This document shows, in pieces, positions 52,058 through 60,438 of a DNA stretch of 64,000 bases. Within the stretch, counting starts at the first letter, position 1. Each line of letters starts with the position of its first letter. The notes under the pieces are model-generated. The model saw only the letters and a program-made list of their open reading frames with translations, was not told the DNA's origin and did no database searches. The translations under genes and the position numbers were made by a program. The DNA comes from a bacterium. GTDB lineage: Bacteria > Chloroflexota > Dormibacteria > Aeolococcales > Bog-877. The stretch covers positions 4,364-68,363 of the forward strand of contig JAJYXT010000100.1 of assembly GCA_021801645.1 (NCBI GenBank), given 5' to 3'.

Positions 52058-54328
52058 ATGGCGCCGGCGGTCGGAGATCCCGGCCGTGCAGAGGCGATGC
52101 CCAAGGTGGCCTACTTCTCGCCCGAATTCGGGGTGAGCGAAGACCTCCCCCAATACTCGGGGGGATTGGGGGTGCTGGCGGGCGACTACCTCAAGGTCGC
52201 GGCGGCCGAGGGGCGTCCCCTGGTGGGGGTCGGCCTCTTCTACCACCTGGGGTACTTCCACCAGCGGTTGGGCCGAGAGGGCTGGCAGGAGGAGGTGTAC
52301 GAGGAGCTCGACCCCGCCGGGCGCGGGCTGGAGCCGGTCCCGGGCCCCGGGATCGAGGTGGCGATGGGCGGCGTCACAGTCCAAGCGCTGGTCTGGCGGC
52401 AATGGGTGGGAAGGGTTCCGCTCTACCTCCTGGACACGACCGGGGCGGACAACTCCGAGGAGGCACGCCAGATCACCGACCGCCTCTACGGCGGCGATGT
52501 CGAGCACCGTCTACTGCAAGAGATCCTGCTGGGAGTCGGCGGGGTCCGGGCCCTCCGGGCGGCGGGTGAGGATCCCACCCTCTTCCACAGCAACGAGGGG
52601 CACGCCGGCTTTCTGGTCCTGGAGCGGCTGCGGGAGCTGGTCCAGGACCGCGGCCTGGGCTTCGACGAGGCCGTTGAGCTAGTTCGGGCGGGGACCGTCT
52701 TCACCACCCACACCCCGGTCCCGGCCGGCATCGACCACTTCCCACGGGAGCTGATGGAACGGTACCTCGGCGGCTTCTGCGCCGATCTGGGAATCCCCGT
52801 GGACCGGCTGATGTCCCTCGGGCACTTCCCCGGAGAGGAGCCCGGCGCGCCGTTCAACATGGCGGTCTTCGGGCTGAGGATGTCCGGAAGGGCCAACGCG
52901 GTCTCCGAGCTCCATCGCGAGGTCAGCCAGGAGATGTTCCGCAGGCTGTGGCCGGGGCTGGGCGCCAGCGAGATCCCCATCGCCGCGGTCACCAACGGCG
53001 TGGACGTGCGCTCCTGGGCCTCGCCGGAGGCGGCCGCTCTACTGGACACCCGGCTGGGGCCGGGTTGGGACCGGGCCGGCGAGGCGGACTTCTCCGACCT
53101 CCTATCGGTGCCCGGACCCCAGCTCTGGGAGATGCGCCAGCCCGGACGCCAACGGCTGATCAGAGCTGTCCGAGAGAGGTTGCGCCACTCTCTGCGCAGG
53201 CAGGGAGTCCCGGATCCCGAGCTGGAGTGGACCGACCGGGCGCTGGACGAGGGCGGCATCCTGGTCGGATTCGCCCGCCGGGTGGCGACCTACAAGCGGG
53301 GAAATCTGCTTTTCAGCCAGCCGGAGCGGCTGCGGCGGCTGCTGCTCGACCCCCAGCGGCCGCTGCAGCTGGTGTTCGCCGGCAAGGCGCACCCCAAGGA
53401 CGAGGAGGGCAAGCGCATCATCCAGCAGCTGGCCCAGGCCGCGGGGGAGCTGGAGCTGCGCTCGCGCCTGGTCTTCCTCGAGGACTACGACCTGGCTCTC
53501 GCCCGGGTGATGTACCAGGGAGCTGACGTGTGGCTCAACACGCCCCGGCGCCCCATGGAGGCCTGCGGCACCAGCGGGCAGAAGGCTGCCGTGAGCGGCG
53601 CCATCAACCTTTCAATCCTGGACGGCTGGTGGGACGAGGGTTACCAGGAGGGCAACGGCTTCGCCATCCCCTCGTTTGAGGACGAGGCGGATCTGGCCAC
53701 CAGGGATCGGCTGGAGGCCGAGGCGCTGTTCCAGCTGCTCGAGGACGAGGTGCTCCCCGCCTTCTACGAACGAGGGCCGGACGGGCTGCCGGAGAGGTGG
53801 CTGCAGACCCTGCGGCGGTCGATGGCCACGGTGACGCCGCTGGCGCTGGGATCCAGAATGCTCGAGGATTACGTGCGCCGCCTCTATCTGCCGGCGGCCA
53901 CCTCCAGGGGGCTGCTGGAGGCAGGCGACGGGCGCGGGGCGCTGGCTCTGGCCGGGTTCCGGGCCCAGGTCCGGCGCAACTTCACAAACGTCCGGCTGGC
54001 CGCTCGCAGCCGCCCGCTCGCCCCCGGGGGCGAGCGGCTGGTGGAGGCCGTGGCAGAGCTCGGTGAGCTCCGCCCCCACCAGGTCGAGGTCCAGCTGCTG
54101 CACGGGCCGGTGACCGAGGACGGGCAGCTGGCGCCGGCCGCGGTGGAGACCATGCTCCTGGACCAGACCGCGTCCAACGGCCGCGCGCACTACCGAGCCC
54201 TGCTTTCCCCGATGGCGGCCGGCCGGTACGGATTCGCGGTACGGGCCCTGGCCGCCCCGCCACTCCCGGAGCCGGTCGCTCCCGACTCGCCGGTGGTCAT
54301 GGCTGAGCCTCTGCGCCTGCGGCGATGA
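52058..54328 (+). CDS. glgP: alpha-glucan (glycogen/maltodextrin) phosphorylase, GT35
   Basis: KVAYFSPEFGVSEDLPQYSGGLGVLAGDYLK...TTHTPVPAG...FARRVATYKR...TSGQKAAVSGAINLSILDGWW. ATG 52058 is preceded by GAGGTG; ATG 52097 is an alternative start. Confidence 0.9.
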   Translation: MAPAVGDPGRAEAMPKVAYFSPEFGVSEDLPQYSGGLGVLAGDYLKVAAAEGRPLVGVGLFYHLGYFHQRLGREGWQEEVYEELDPAGRGLEPVPGPGIEVAMGGVTVQALVWRQWVGRVPLYLLDTTGADNSEEARQITDRLYGGDVEHRLLQEILLGVGGVRALRAAGEDPTLFHSNEGHAGFLVLERLRELVQDRGLGFDEAVELVRAGTVFTTHTPVPAGIDHFPRELMERYLGGFCADLGIPVDRLMSLGHFPGEEPGAPFNMAVFGLRMSGRANAVSELHREVSQEMFRRLWPGLGASEIPIAAVTNGVDVRSWASPEAAALLDTRLGPGWDRAGEADFSDLLSVPGPQLWEMRQPGRQRLIRAVRERLRHSLRRQGVPDPELEWTDRALDEGGILVGFARRVATYKRGNLLFSQPERLRRLLLDPQRPLQLVFAGKAHPKDEEGKRIIQQLAQAAGELELRSRLVFLEDYDLALARVMYQGADVWLNTPRRPMEACGTSGQKAAVSGAINLSILDGWWDEGYQEGNGFAIPSFEDEADLATRDRLEAEALFQLLEDEVLPAFYERGPDGLPERWLQTLRRSMATVTPLALGSRMLEDYVRRLYLPAATSRGLLEAGDGRGALALAGFRAQVRRNFTNVRLAARSRPLAPGGERLVEAVAELGELRPHQVEVQLLHGPVTEDGQLAPAAVETMLLDQTASNGRAHYRALLSPMAAGRYGFAVRALAAPPLPEPVAPDSPVVMAEPLRLRR

Positions 54329-56028
54329 GCCCGCCCTCCGCCCGGCGACTCCCCCTCCGCCCCCTCTGGCCGGAGTCTCCGGCGGAGCCACCTGGGCGTG
54401 ACCGGGTGGAGCTCTACACCCGGACCTTCCTAACCGTGCTGCGCTCCTCTGGCGAGGTCCGCGCCCGGGTCCTGGAACGGGCCCACCTGGAGATGGGGTC
54501 GTCGCTTCACCCGCTGGCGGAGTCGGACCAGATCGACACCGGGGCCCTCCTCTACTCGCTGCAGCGGCTGCCACCGGTGGTGCCCCACCTCGAGCGCGTG
54601 GTGATGGGGCAGTCACCCTCGGAGATGGTGGGCGGGGAGGGTTGGGTCCCGATGACCGCTCCGGGAAGAAGGCGGAGGTGGTGGTGGAGCCGGGAGGGCC
54701 GGACCCTGGCCGCGGCCCTGGCGAGCAGCTCGGACCTCGACGACCTGGTGCCCATGCTGGTCGCCGTCCAGATCGAGTGGAACAAGGCCCACCGGCGGCT
54801 GCGCCGAGTTACCGGCGACCTGATGCGGGTGGCCAGATCCCGTCTGGGGATAGGCGCCGACGACTGGGGCCGGCTGGAGGCCCTTTTCCGCGAGCGGATG
54901 CCGGAGTTCCTCGGCGAGGTCCGCCGTCGCCCGATGGATCTGCGGCTGAGGCTGGTCGGGGGGACGCAGGTCGGCTACGCCAGGGCGACGCGGGAGTGGT
55001 GGGGGCCGGTCGGCGAGGTCCTCACCCGGGAGGGGCTGCGCCAGCGGCCCCTGGTCTTCGTGAGCAGCAACGCCCACTCGTTGGTGAACCTCCTGTCCGG
55101 CGTCGCCCGGCGCCATCAGGAGGAGATCCTGGCCTGGGCGGCGGGCTCACCGGACCACGAGCTGCGCGAACTGCTCGCGGAGAGCCGCTCGGCCGGCTCC
55201 CAGATCTCGCGGGACAACCTGCTGTACTTCGCCGCCCGGATGTGGTTCGCGGCCCACCCGGAAGCCCGGGCTCGAAGGGCCGCCGAGGAGCGGCTGGAGG
55301 GAATCTTCCACGTGGAGGCAAGGTCCGGCACCGCGGTCGCCGCCCAGGTGATGGTACTGGACCGGCTCTCCTGGGAGCATCTCGACCCCCGCCTGGGGGT
55401 GGGGGCGTCTCATGCGCCCGCCCTCGGTCGGGCTCCCCACGTGATCCTCAACATCCAGTACCCCCTGGGGCTGGGCGCGTACCACATCCTGCGCCAGATC
55501 ATGGAGGCCACCGATCGGGTGGAGGGGGTATACGTCCTGGGCAAGGCCGCCACCCTGAACGCCGACGTCGGCGACGTCATGATCCCCGACGTGGTTCACG
55601 ATGAGCACAGCTCCAACACCTACTGGGTGGACAACTGCTTCTCCTTCGGAGCCGTCGCCCCGTACGTCACCTCGCGCTCCGTGTTGGACCGCCAGCGGGC
55701 GGTCTCGGTGCGCAGTACCTTCCTGCAGAACCGCGCCTATCTGGACTTCTACTACCGCAACGCCTACACCGTGGTGGAGATGGAGAGCGGGCCCTACCTG
55801 GGGGCGGTGTACGAGGCCGGGGACAGCTCCCGCTACCCGACCGGCGAGCAGGTGGACCTGACCCGCCCGGCGATGGATGTCGGCATCATCCACTACGCCT
55901 CGGACACCCCCTACACCCAGGCGAGGACGCTGGGCGCCCGGGGGCTCCGGTTCGAGGGTATGGAGGCCACCTACGCGGGAGCGCTGGCGATCGCGCACCG
56001 TGTGCTGCAGCGGGCGGAGGTGCTTTGA
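54325..56028 (+). CDS. uncharacterised protein with C-terminal nucleoside-phosphorylase-like (PNP_UDP_1-type) domain
   Basis: 567 aa with an ATGA overlap to glgP. The C-terminal third reads VYVLGKAATLNADVGDVMIPDVV...AYTVVEMESGPYLGAV, like the phosphorylase superfamily. I do not recognise the N-terminal ~350 aa. Confidence 0.75.
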   Translation: MSPPSARRLPLRPLWPESPAEPPGRDRVELYTRTFLTVLRSSGEVRARVLERAHLEMGSSLHPLAESDQIDTGALLYSLQRLPPVVPHLERVVMGQSPSEMVGGEGWVPMTAPGRRRRWWWSREGRTLAAALASSSDLDDLVPMLVAVQIEWNKAHRRLRRVTGDLMRVARSRLGIGADDWGRLEALFRERMPEFLGEVRRRPMDLRLRLVGGTQVGYARATREWWGPVGEVLTREGLRQRPLVFVSSNAHSLVNLLSGVARRHQEEILAWAAGSPDHELRELLAESRSAGSQISRDNLLYFAARMWFAAHPEARARRAAEERLEGIFHVEARSGTAVAAQVMVLDRLSWEHLDPRLGVGASHAPALGRAPHVILNIQYPLGLGAYHILRQIMEATDRVEGVYVLGKAATLNADVGDVMIPDVVHDEHSSNTYWVDNCFSFGAVAPYVTSRSVLDRQRAVSVRSTFLQNRAYLDFYYRNAYTVVEMESGPYLGAVYEAGDSSRYPTGEQVDLTRPAMDVGIIHYASDTPYTQARTLGARGLRFEGMEATYAGALAIAHRVLQRAEVL

Positions 56029-56029
56029 G

Positions 56030-56347
56030 ATGGTCGAATTGAGCCGTGAGAGCTGCCAGCCGCGGCCGCCGGCGCTCTCCGTGGAGGAGGCTTCAGAGCT
56101 GCTGAGAGGCCTCAGCTCCGAATGGCGTTCAGAGGAGGGGCGGCTGCGGCGGGACTACCGGCTGCGGGGGTTCGGGGAACCGGTGGCGCTGGCCGTCCGG
56201 GTCGCTCTTCTGGCGGAACGGGAGGACCATCACCCCGAGCTGCGACTGGGGTACGGCCACCTGGAGGTGGAGCTCACGACGCACTCCGCCGGGGGACTCT
56301 CTCGCAACGACTTCATCCTGGCGGCCAAGATCGACGCCCTGGGCTGA
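56030..56347 (+). CDS. 4a-hydroxytetrahydrobiopterin dehydratase (PCD/DCoH family)
   Basis: EASELLRGLSSEWRSEEGRLRRDYRLRGFGEPVALAVRVALLAEREDHHPEL...GLSRNDFILAAKID. Starts 2 nt after the previous stop. Confidence 0.85.
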   Translation: MVELSRESCQPRPPALSVEEASELLRGLSSEWRSEEGRLRRDYRLRGFGEPVALAVRVALLAEREDHHPELRLGYGHLEVELTTHSAGGLSRNDFILAAKIDALG

Positions 56348-56362
56348 GGACGTACCGAGCAC

Positions 56363-56743
56363 TCATTCCGGCTCGTCGTCGGCCTCGGGGGAGCTGGATC
56401 CGAGCAGCCTCGCCCTCCCCTCGTCGGGGGCGAACACCAGGCCGCAATCGGGGCACTGCAGCTCAAGGTCGGCCTCCACCCCGGACGGAGCCAGCAGCGT
56501 GACACCGCATCCTGGGCAGGTCAGCTCCTCCTCGAGAGGCGCGGGCGCCTGGCGCCGCAGGGCCCGCTCTGCCGCGGCCAGGTCCACCGCCACCGCACCG
56601 CACATGGCACAGGTGAAGGTCGCCACCTCCGTCTCGTGCCGGAGGCAGTGGCCAGCCGAGTCAACCAGGACCCGGCCGCCCAGCAATTCGAAGGCACCCC
56701 CGGGGCAGGAGTTGGGACAGACGAGGTGGCGCGCCCCAGCCAT
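56363..56743 (-). CDS. cysteine-rich zinc-ribbon protein
   Basis: Start set at ATG 56743, preceded by GAGGG, 5 nt after the dus stop. Cys pairs: CPNSC, CAMC, CPGC, CPDC. The tail is acidic. The track ORF extends to 57334. Confidence 0.65.
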   Translation of the reverse strand: MAGARHLVCPNSCPGGAFELLGGRVLVDSAGHCLRHETEVATFTCAMCGAVAVDLAAAERALRRQAPAPLEEELTCPGCGVTLLAPSGVEADLELQCPDCGLVFAPDEGRARLLGSSSPEADDEPE

Positions 56744-56748
56744 CCCTC

Positions 56749-57792
56749 TCAGCCCTCGCCGGAGCTGAACTCGGGCCGGTGCCATCCCTGGGGGCCTTCT
56801 CCGGCCGCCAGGATCTCTTTGTACATCTCGTCGATGTCCTCGGCCCTCTCCAGGTCGGCCACCCGGGCCCGCAGCCGGGCCGCGCCGGCGCAACCCTTGA
56901 TGGCCCACACGACGAACTTGCGCGCCAGCCGCACCCCGCGCCGCTCCCCGTGGAACACCACCATCCGATCCCAGTGCTCCCGGGCCAGAGTGAGCCGCTC
57001 CTGGAAGCTGGGCTCGGGCCCCGGGTCCCCCTGGCGGAGCTGGGCCACGGTCTGCTGCAGCAGGTGCCAGTCGCCCATCATCCCCCGGGCGATCACCACC
57101 CCGTCCACCACCCCGGCCCGGATCCGGCGCTCCACCTCTCGAGGGTCGCGGACGTCCCCGGAGCCGAGGACCGGGATGGCGTCCACCGCCTCCTTGACCC
57201 GGGCGATCTGCTCCCAGTCGGCGAATCCCGTGTAGCGCTGGCAGCGGGTGCGACCGTGAACCGTGACCGCGGCCACCCCCACGGACTCCAGCGCCCGGGC
57301 CAGCTCCGGAGCGTTGATGGTGTCGTGGTCCCACCCGAGGCGCATCTTGGCGGTCACCGGGACAGGCACCGCGGAGACCATCGCCTCCAGCACCGCGGCG
57401 GTGCGATCGATCTCGCGCGCCAGGGCCGCTCCGGAGCCAAGACGCACCACCTTGGGGACGGGACAGCCGAGGTTGACATCGACGATGTCAGCGCCCATGG
57501 CGACGCAGATCTGAGCGGCGTCCGCCATCATCTGGGGGTCGTTCCCCACCAGCTGCGCCGCCACCGGGTGCTCGTCCGGGGCCAGGTCCAGCACCCGCCC
57601 CAAACTGTCCTCGGGCGCGCGCACCAGCGCGGCGGCCGCGGTCATCTCACTGCAGGTGAGGCCGGCCCCAAGCTCCCGAGCCATGGACCGGAAGGGACGG
57701 TCGGTGATGCCCGCCATGGGGGCGATGAAGATCGGGTTGGCGAGCTCCACGGAGCCGATGCGGAGGGAGCTGGCACTCAGCGCTGCGGGCAA
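56749..57792 (-). CDS. dus: tRNA-dihydrouridine synthase
   Basis: IFIAPMAGITDRPFR...DVNLGCPVPKV...VTVHGRT are Dus family motifs. TTG start. Confidence 0.9.
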   Translation of the reverse strand: MPAALSASSLRIGSVELANPIFIAPMAGITDRPFRSMARELGAGLTCSEMTAAAALVRAPEDSLGRVLDLAPDEHPVAAQLVGNDPQMMADAAQICVAMGADIVDVNLGCPVPKVVRLGSGAALAREIDRTAAVLEAMVSAVPVPVTAKMRLGWDHDTINAPELARALESVGVAAVTVHGRTRCQRYTGFADWEQIARVKEAVDAIPVLGSGDVRDPREVERRIRAGVVDGVVIARGMMGDWHLLQQTVAQLRQGDPGPEPSFQERLTLAREHWDRMVVFHGERRGVRLARKFVVWAIKGCAGAARLRARVADLERAEDIDEMYKEILAAGEGPQGWHRPEFSSGEG

Positions 57793-57896
57793 GGCACACC
57801 GTCCTTGGGGTTGACTCTCTGCCGTCAGTATCGCCGACCAGAGACCCGGCTATAGTCCGGCTTGGCCAAACTGGCCCGATCTCAGGAGGGTTCCGG

Positions 57897-58661
57897 GTGC
57901 TGCTGGCGCTGGATGCGGGCAACTCCAACCTCACGGTGGGGGTATTCGAGGGCGACCGGCTCGCCGCCCATGGGCGTTTCGCCACCCGCCGTGACGCCAC
58001 ACCGGACGAGCTGGGGGGGCAGCTCCTGCAGCTGCTGGCCCACCGGGGCATCGCCCCCGAGTTCCGCCAAGTGGCGATCAGTTGCGTGGTCCCCCCCCTG
58101 AATCAGCCGCTGCGGGAGGCCAGTCGGGAGTACTTCCACCGGGAGCCGCTGCTGATCGGGCCCGGGACCATCACCGGGATGCGGGTCAACTACGACCCGC
58201 CCCGCGACGTGGGTGCGGATCGGATCGCCACCGCCGTGGGTGTGCGCCACCGCTACGGGGCCCCGGCGATCATGGTCAGCTTCGGCACGGCCACGGTGTT
58301 CGATGCCATCGGCCCAGATGGGGACTACCTGGGGGGGGCGATCGCGCCTGGGTTGCAGATGTCGGTGGATGCGCTGTTCGCGCGGGCGGCGAGGCTCCCT
58401 CGGGTCGACCTGGTGGCTCCCGACCGGGTGCTGGGAACCAACACCGTCTCCTCCATGCAATCGGGGATCATGTTCGGGGCCGCAGCCCAGGCGGAGGGGC
58501 TGCTGCGGCGGATCCGCGCTGAGCTGGGGACACCGGCACAGGTCGTCGCCACCGGGGGAATGGCGGAGCTGGTCGGCCCCATGGTGGACGGCGTCGATGT
58601 GATCGACCCCTTGGTGCTCCTGGAGGGGCTGCGGGTGCTGGCGGAGCTCAACCACCAGTAG
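57897..58661 (+). CDS. coaX: type III pantothenate kinase
   Basis: LLALDAGNSNLTVGVF...GADRIATAVG...VSFGTATVFD...VATGG. Confidence 0.9.
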   Translation: MLLALDAGNSNLTVGVFEGDRLAAHGRFATRRDATPDELGGQLLQLLAHRGIAPEFRQVAISCVVPPLNQPLREASREYFHREPLLIGPGTITGMRVNYDPPRDVGADRIATAVGVRHRYGAPAIMVSFGTATVFDAIGPDGDYLGGAIAPGLQMSVDALFARAARLPRVDLVAPDRVLGTNTVSSMQSGIMFGAAAQAEGLLRRIRAELGTPAQVVATGGMAELVGPMVDGVDVIDPLVLLEGLRVLAELNHQ

Positions 58662-58664
58662 GGC

Positions 58665-58697
58665 AAAAAAAAGGGCGCCCCCCGAAAGGGACGCCCC
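58665..58697 (-). terminator. intrinsic terminator (minus strand) with U8 tail; hairpin also abuts the coaX stop
   Basis: The minus strand reads GGGGCGUCCC-UUUC-GGGGGGCGCCC followed by UUUUUUUU (A8 at 58665-58672 on plus). It lies 215 nt downstream of the methyltransferase stop (58912) and 4 nt after the coaX stop. Confidence 0.7.
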
Positions 58698-58911
58698 GAG
58701 AGGGGGGGGCGACATGAATCCGGGGACCTGCCCCGGGGCACGCGGTTAGCCTAACACCACCCACCTCCGGGGGCAAATTGCGAACTGGTGAAGGTCTCGC
58801 TACAGACTCGTGCGATCGGCGTCACTCGAGATGGCGTCACCCGGCTCCCGAACTCCGCTCCACGAGCAGGTGGGCCGAAGAGTAACTGTGGCCCCGGACA
58901 GCCGGCCGGAG

Positions 58912-59709
58912 CTAGCGCTTCTGGGCAAGCAGCGAGTAGCTGAGGGGTAGCCGGGGCCAACCGGGGGGCAGCCTCCAGACACCCGGCTCCGCTGGCACCA
59001 GCTCCGGAAAGCGGGCAAAGAAGATCTCGCTGCGCTCGCGGAGAAGGCGAATCTCCAGCCCTGCCCGCGCCAGGCAGCTCACCACCTCCCCGAGTGGGTG
59101 GACCATCTCATGGGTCCGATTGCTCTTGGTGACCGCCTCCGGGACGGCGTAGTCCCCCGGTTCATCCCACGACGTGGCCTCAGGGTCGACGTAGTCCAGC
59201 TCGAACTCCGGCGTCTCCCCCATGCAATCGATGAGCGGATGGGACTCCACCAGATAGAGCAGCCCGCCCGGTCGGAGCAGGCGGTTGACGACCTCGGCCC
59301 AGGAGCTCAGGTCGGGCAGCCAGGGGAGCGCCCCCTTGCCGGTGTAGACGATGTCGAACTGCCGCTTCAGGGCGGAGGGAGCCTCCGCCACGCTGGACAA
59401 GGTGAACTGGGCCGTGACGCCGTCCTCCTCGGCCAACCGGCGGGCGGCGGCAACCGCCCCCGGAGAGTAGTCGAGGCCCGTGACCCGGGCCCCGAGCCTG
59501 GCCCAGGAGATGCTGTCCAGCCCGACGTGACATTGCAGGTGGAGGAGCTCCTTGCCCTCAACCTCGCCCAGCTCCTCCAGCTCGTAGGGGAAGAGCGAGC
59601 TGCGCCCGGCCCGAAACGAGGGCAGGTCATAGAAGTCGGAGCCAAGGTGGAGTTCGACCCGTTCCTCCCACCAGGCGAGGTTGTCTCGATCCCAGCTCTC
59701 GTCGACCAT
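58912..59709 (-). CDS. class I SAM-dependent methyltransferase
   Basis: LLHLQCHVGLDSISWARLGARVTGLDYSPGAV...FDIVYTGKGALPWLPD...LLRPGGLLYLVESHP. Confidence 0.85.
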   Translation of the reverse strand: MVDESWDRDNLAWWEERVELHLGSDFYDLPSFRAGRSSLFPYELEELGEVEGKELLHLQCHVGLDSISWARLGARVTGLDYSPGAVAAARRLAEEDGVTAQFTLSSVAEAPSALKRQFDIVYTGKGALPWLPDLSSWAEVVNRLLRPGGLLYLVESHPLIDCMGETPEFELDYVDPEATSWDEPGDYAVPEAVTKSNRTHEMVHPLGEVVSCLARAGLEIRLLRERSEIFFARFPELVPAEPGVWRLPPGWPRLPLSYSLLAQKR

Positions 59710-59973
59710 GACCGGCCATGCTACCCGGGCCGAGAAGGCCCCATTTTGGCGCCATGGCGGGTGAAGTCCGGCCCGAGGGACGGTCGAGGCTCGGCCCCGC
59801 CCACGCAGCCCTCTGGCCGGACCGCGACCAAGGGCCGATCGCCACCGGCGCCAAGGCCCGACTTGTCACTCGGGCACCGGTCGGGTAGACTTCCCATCCC
59901 GGCCCACGCCTCATGAAGACCTCGAAGGCGGGCCACAGACGCCGGCTGCGGCCGGCAGGGAGCCAGTACAAAG

Positions 59974-60438
59974 ATGCAGGACAAGCCAGTTCCCCTAACT
60001 CCCGACGGCCTGCGCCGCCTGCAGGAGGAGCTCGAGCACCTGGTCGGCCAGCGCCGCCCCGAGATCGCCCAGCGGATCAAGCATGCCAAGGAGTTCGGCG
60101 ACCTGAGTGAGAACGCCGAATACGAGGATGCCAAGAACGAGCAGGGCTTCGTGGAGGGCCGGATCATGACCCTGGAGCAGATGATCCGCAACGCCAGCCT
60201 GATCGGCGAGGCAGCCGCGGACGGTTCGGTCCGACTCGGTTCCACGGTGACCGTCCAGGACGAGTTCGGCACCAGCAGCTACACCATCGTCGGGCCTGCG
60301 GAGGCAGACGCGGCCTCTGGCAGGATCTCCCTGGAATCGCCGGTGGGCAAGGCTCTCATCGGCAGGGAACCGGGAGAGGAGGTGGAGGTGGAGACTCCTG
60401 GCGGCTCCCGGCGGGTGCGGATCCTAGAGCTGGCGTGA
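59974..60438 (+). CDS. greA: transcription elongation factor GreA
   Basis: LTPDGLRRLQEELEHLV...RPEIAQRIKHAKEFGDLSENAEYEDAKNEQGFVEGRI...SPVGKALIG. Confidence 0.95.
   Translation: MQDKPVPLTPDGLRRLQEELEHLVGQRRPEIAQRIKHAKEFGDLSENAEYEDAKNEQGFVEGRIMTLEQMIRNASLIGEAAADGSVRLGSTVTVQDEFGTSSYTIVGPAEADAASGRISLESPVGKALIGREPGEEVEVETPGGSRRVRILELA

Noticed and set aside
58698-58740. Classifying the C-rich hairpin region as a 6C sRNA
   Set aside because: There is only one long C run, and the second C-rich loop required by the 6C architecture is not evident. I kept it as an unclassified candidate.
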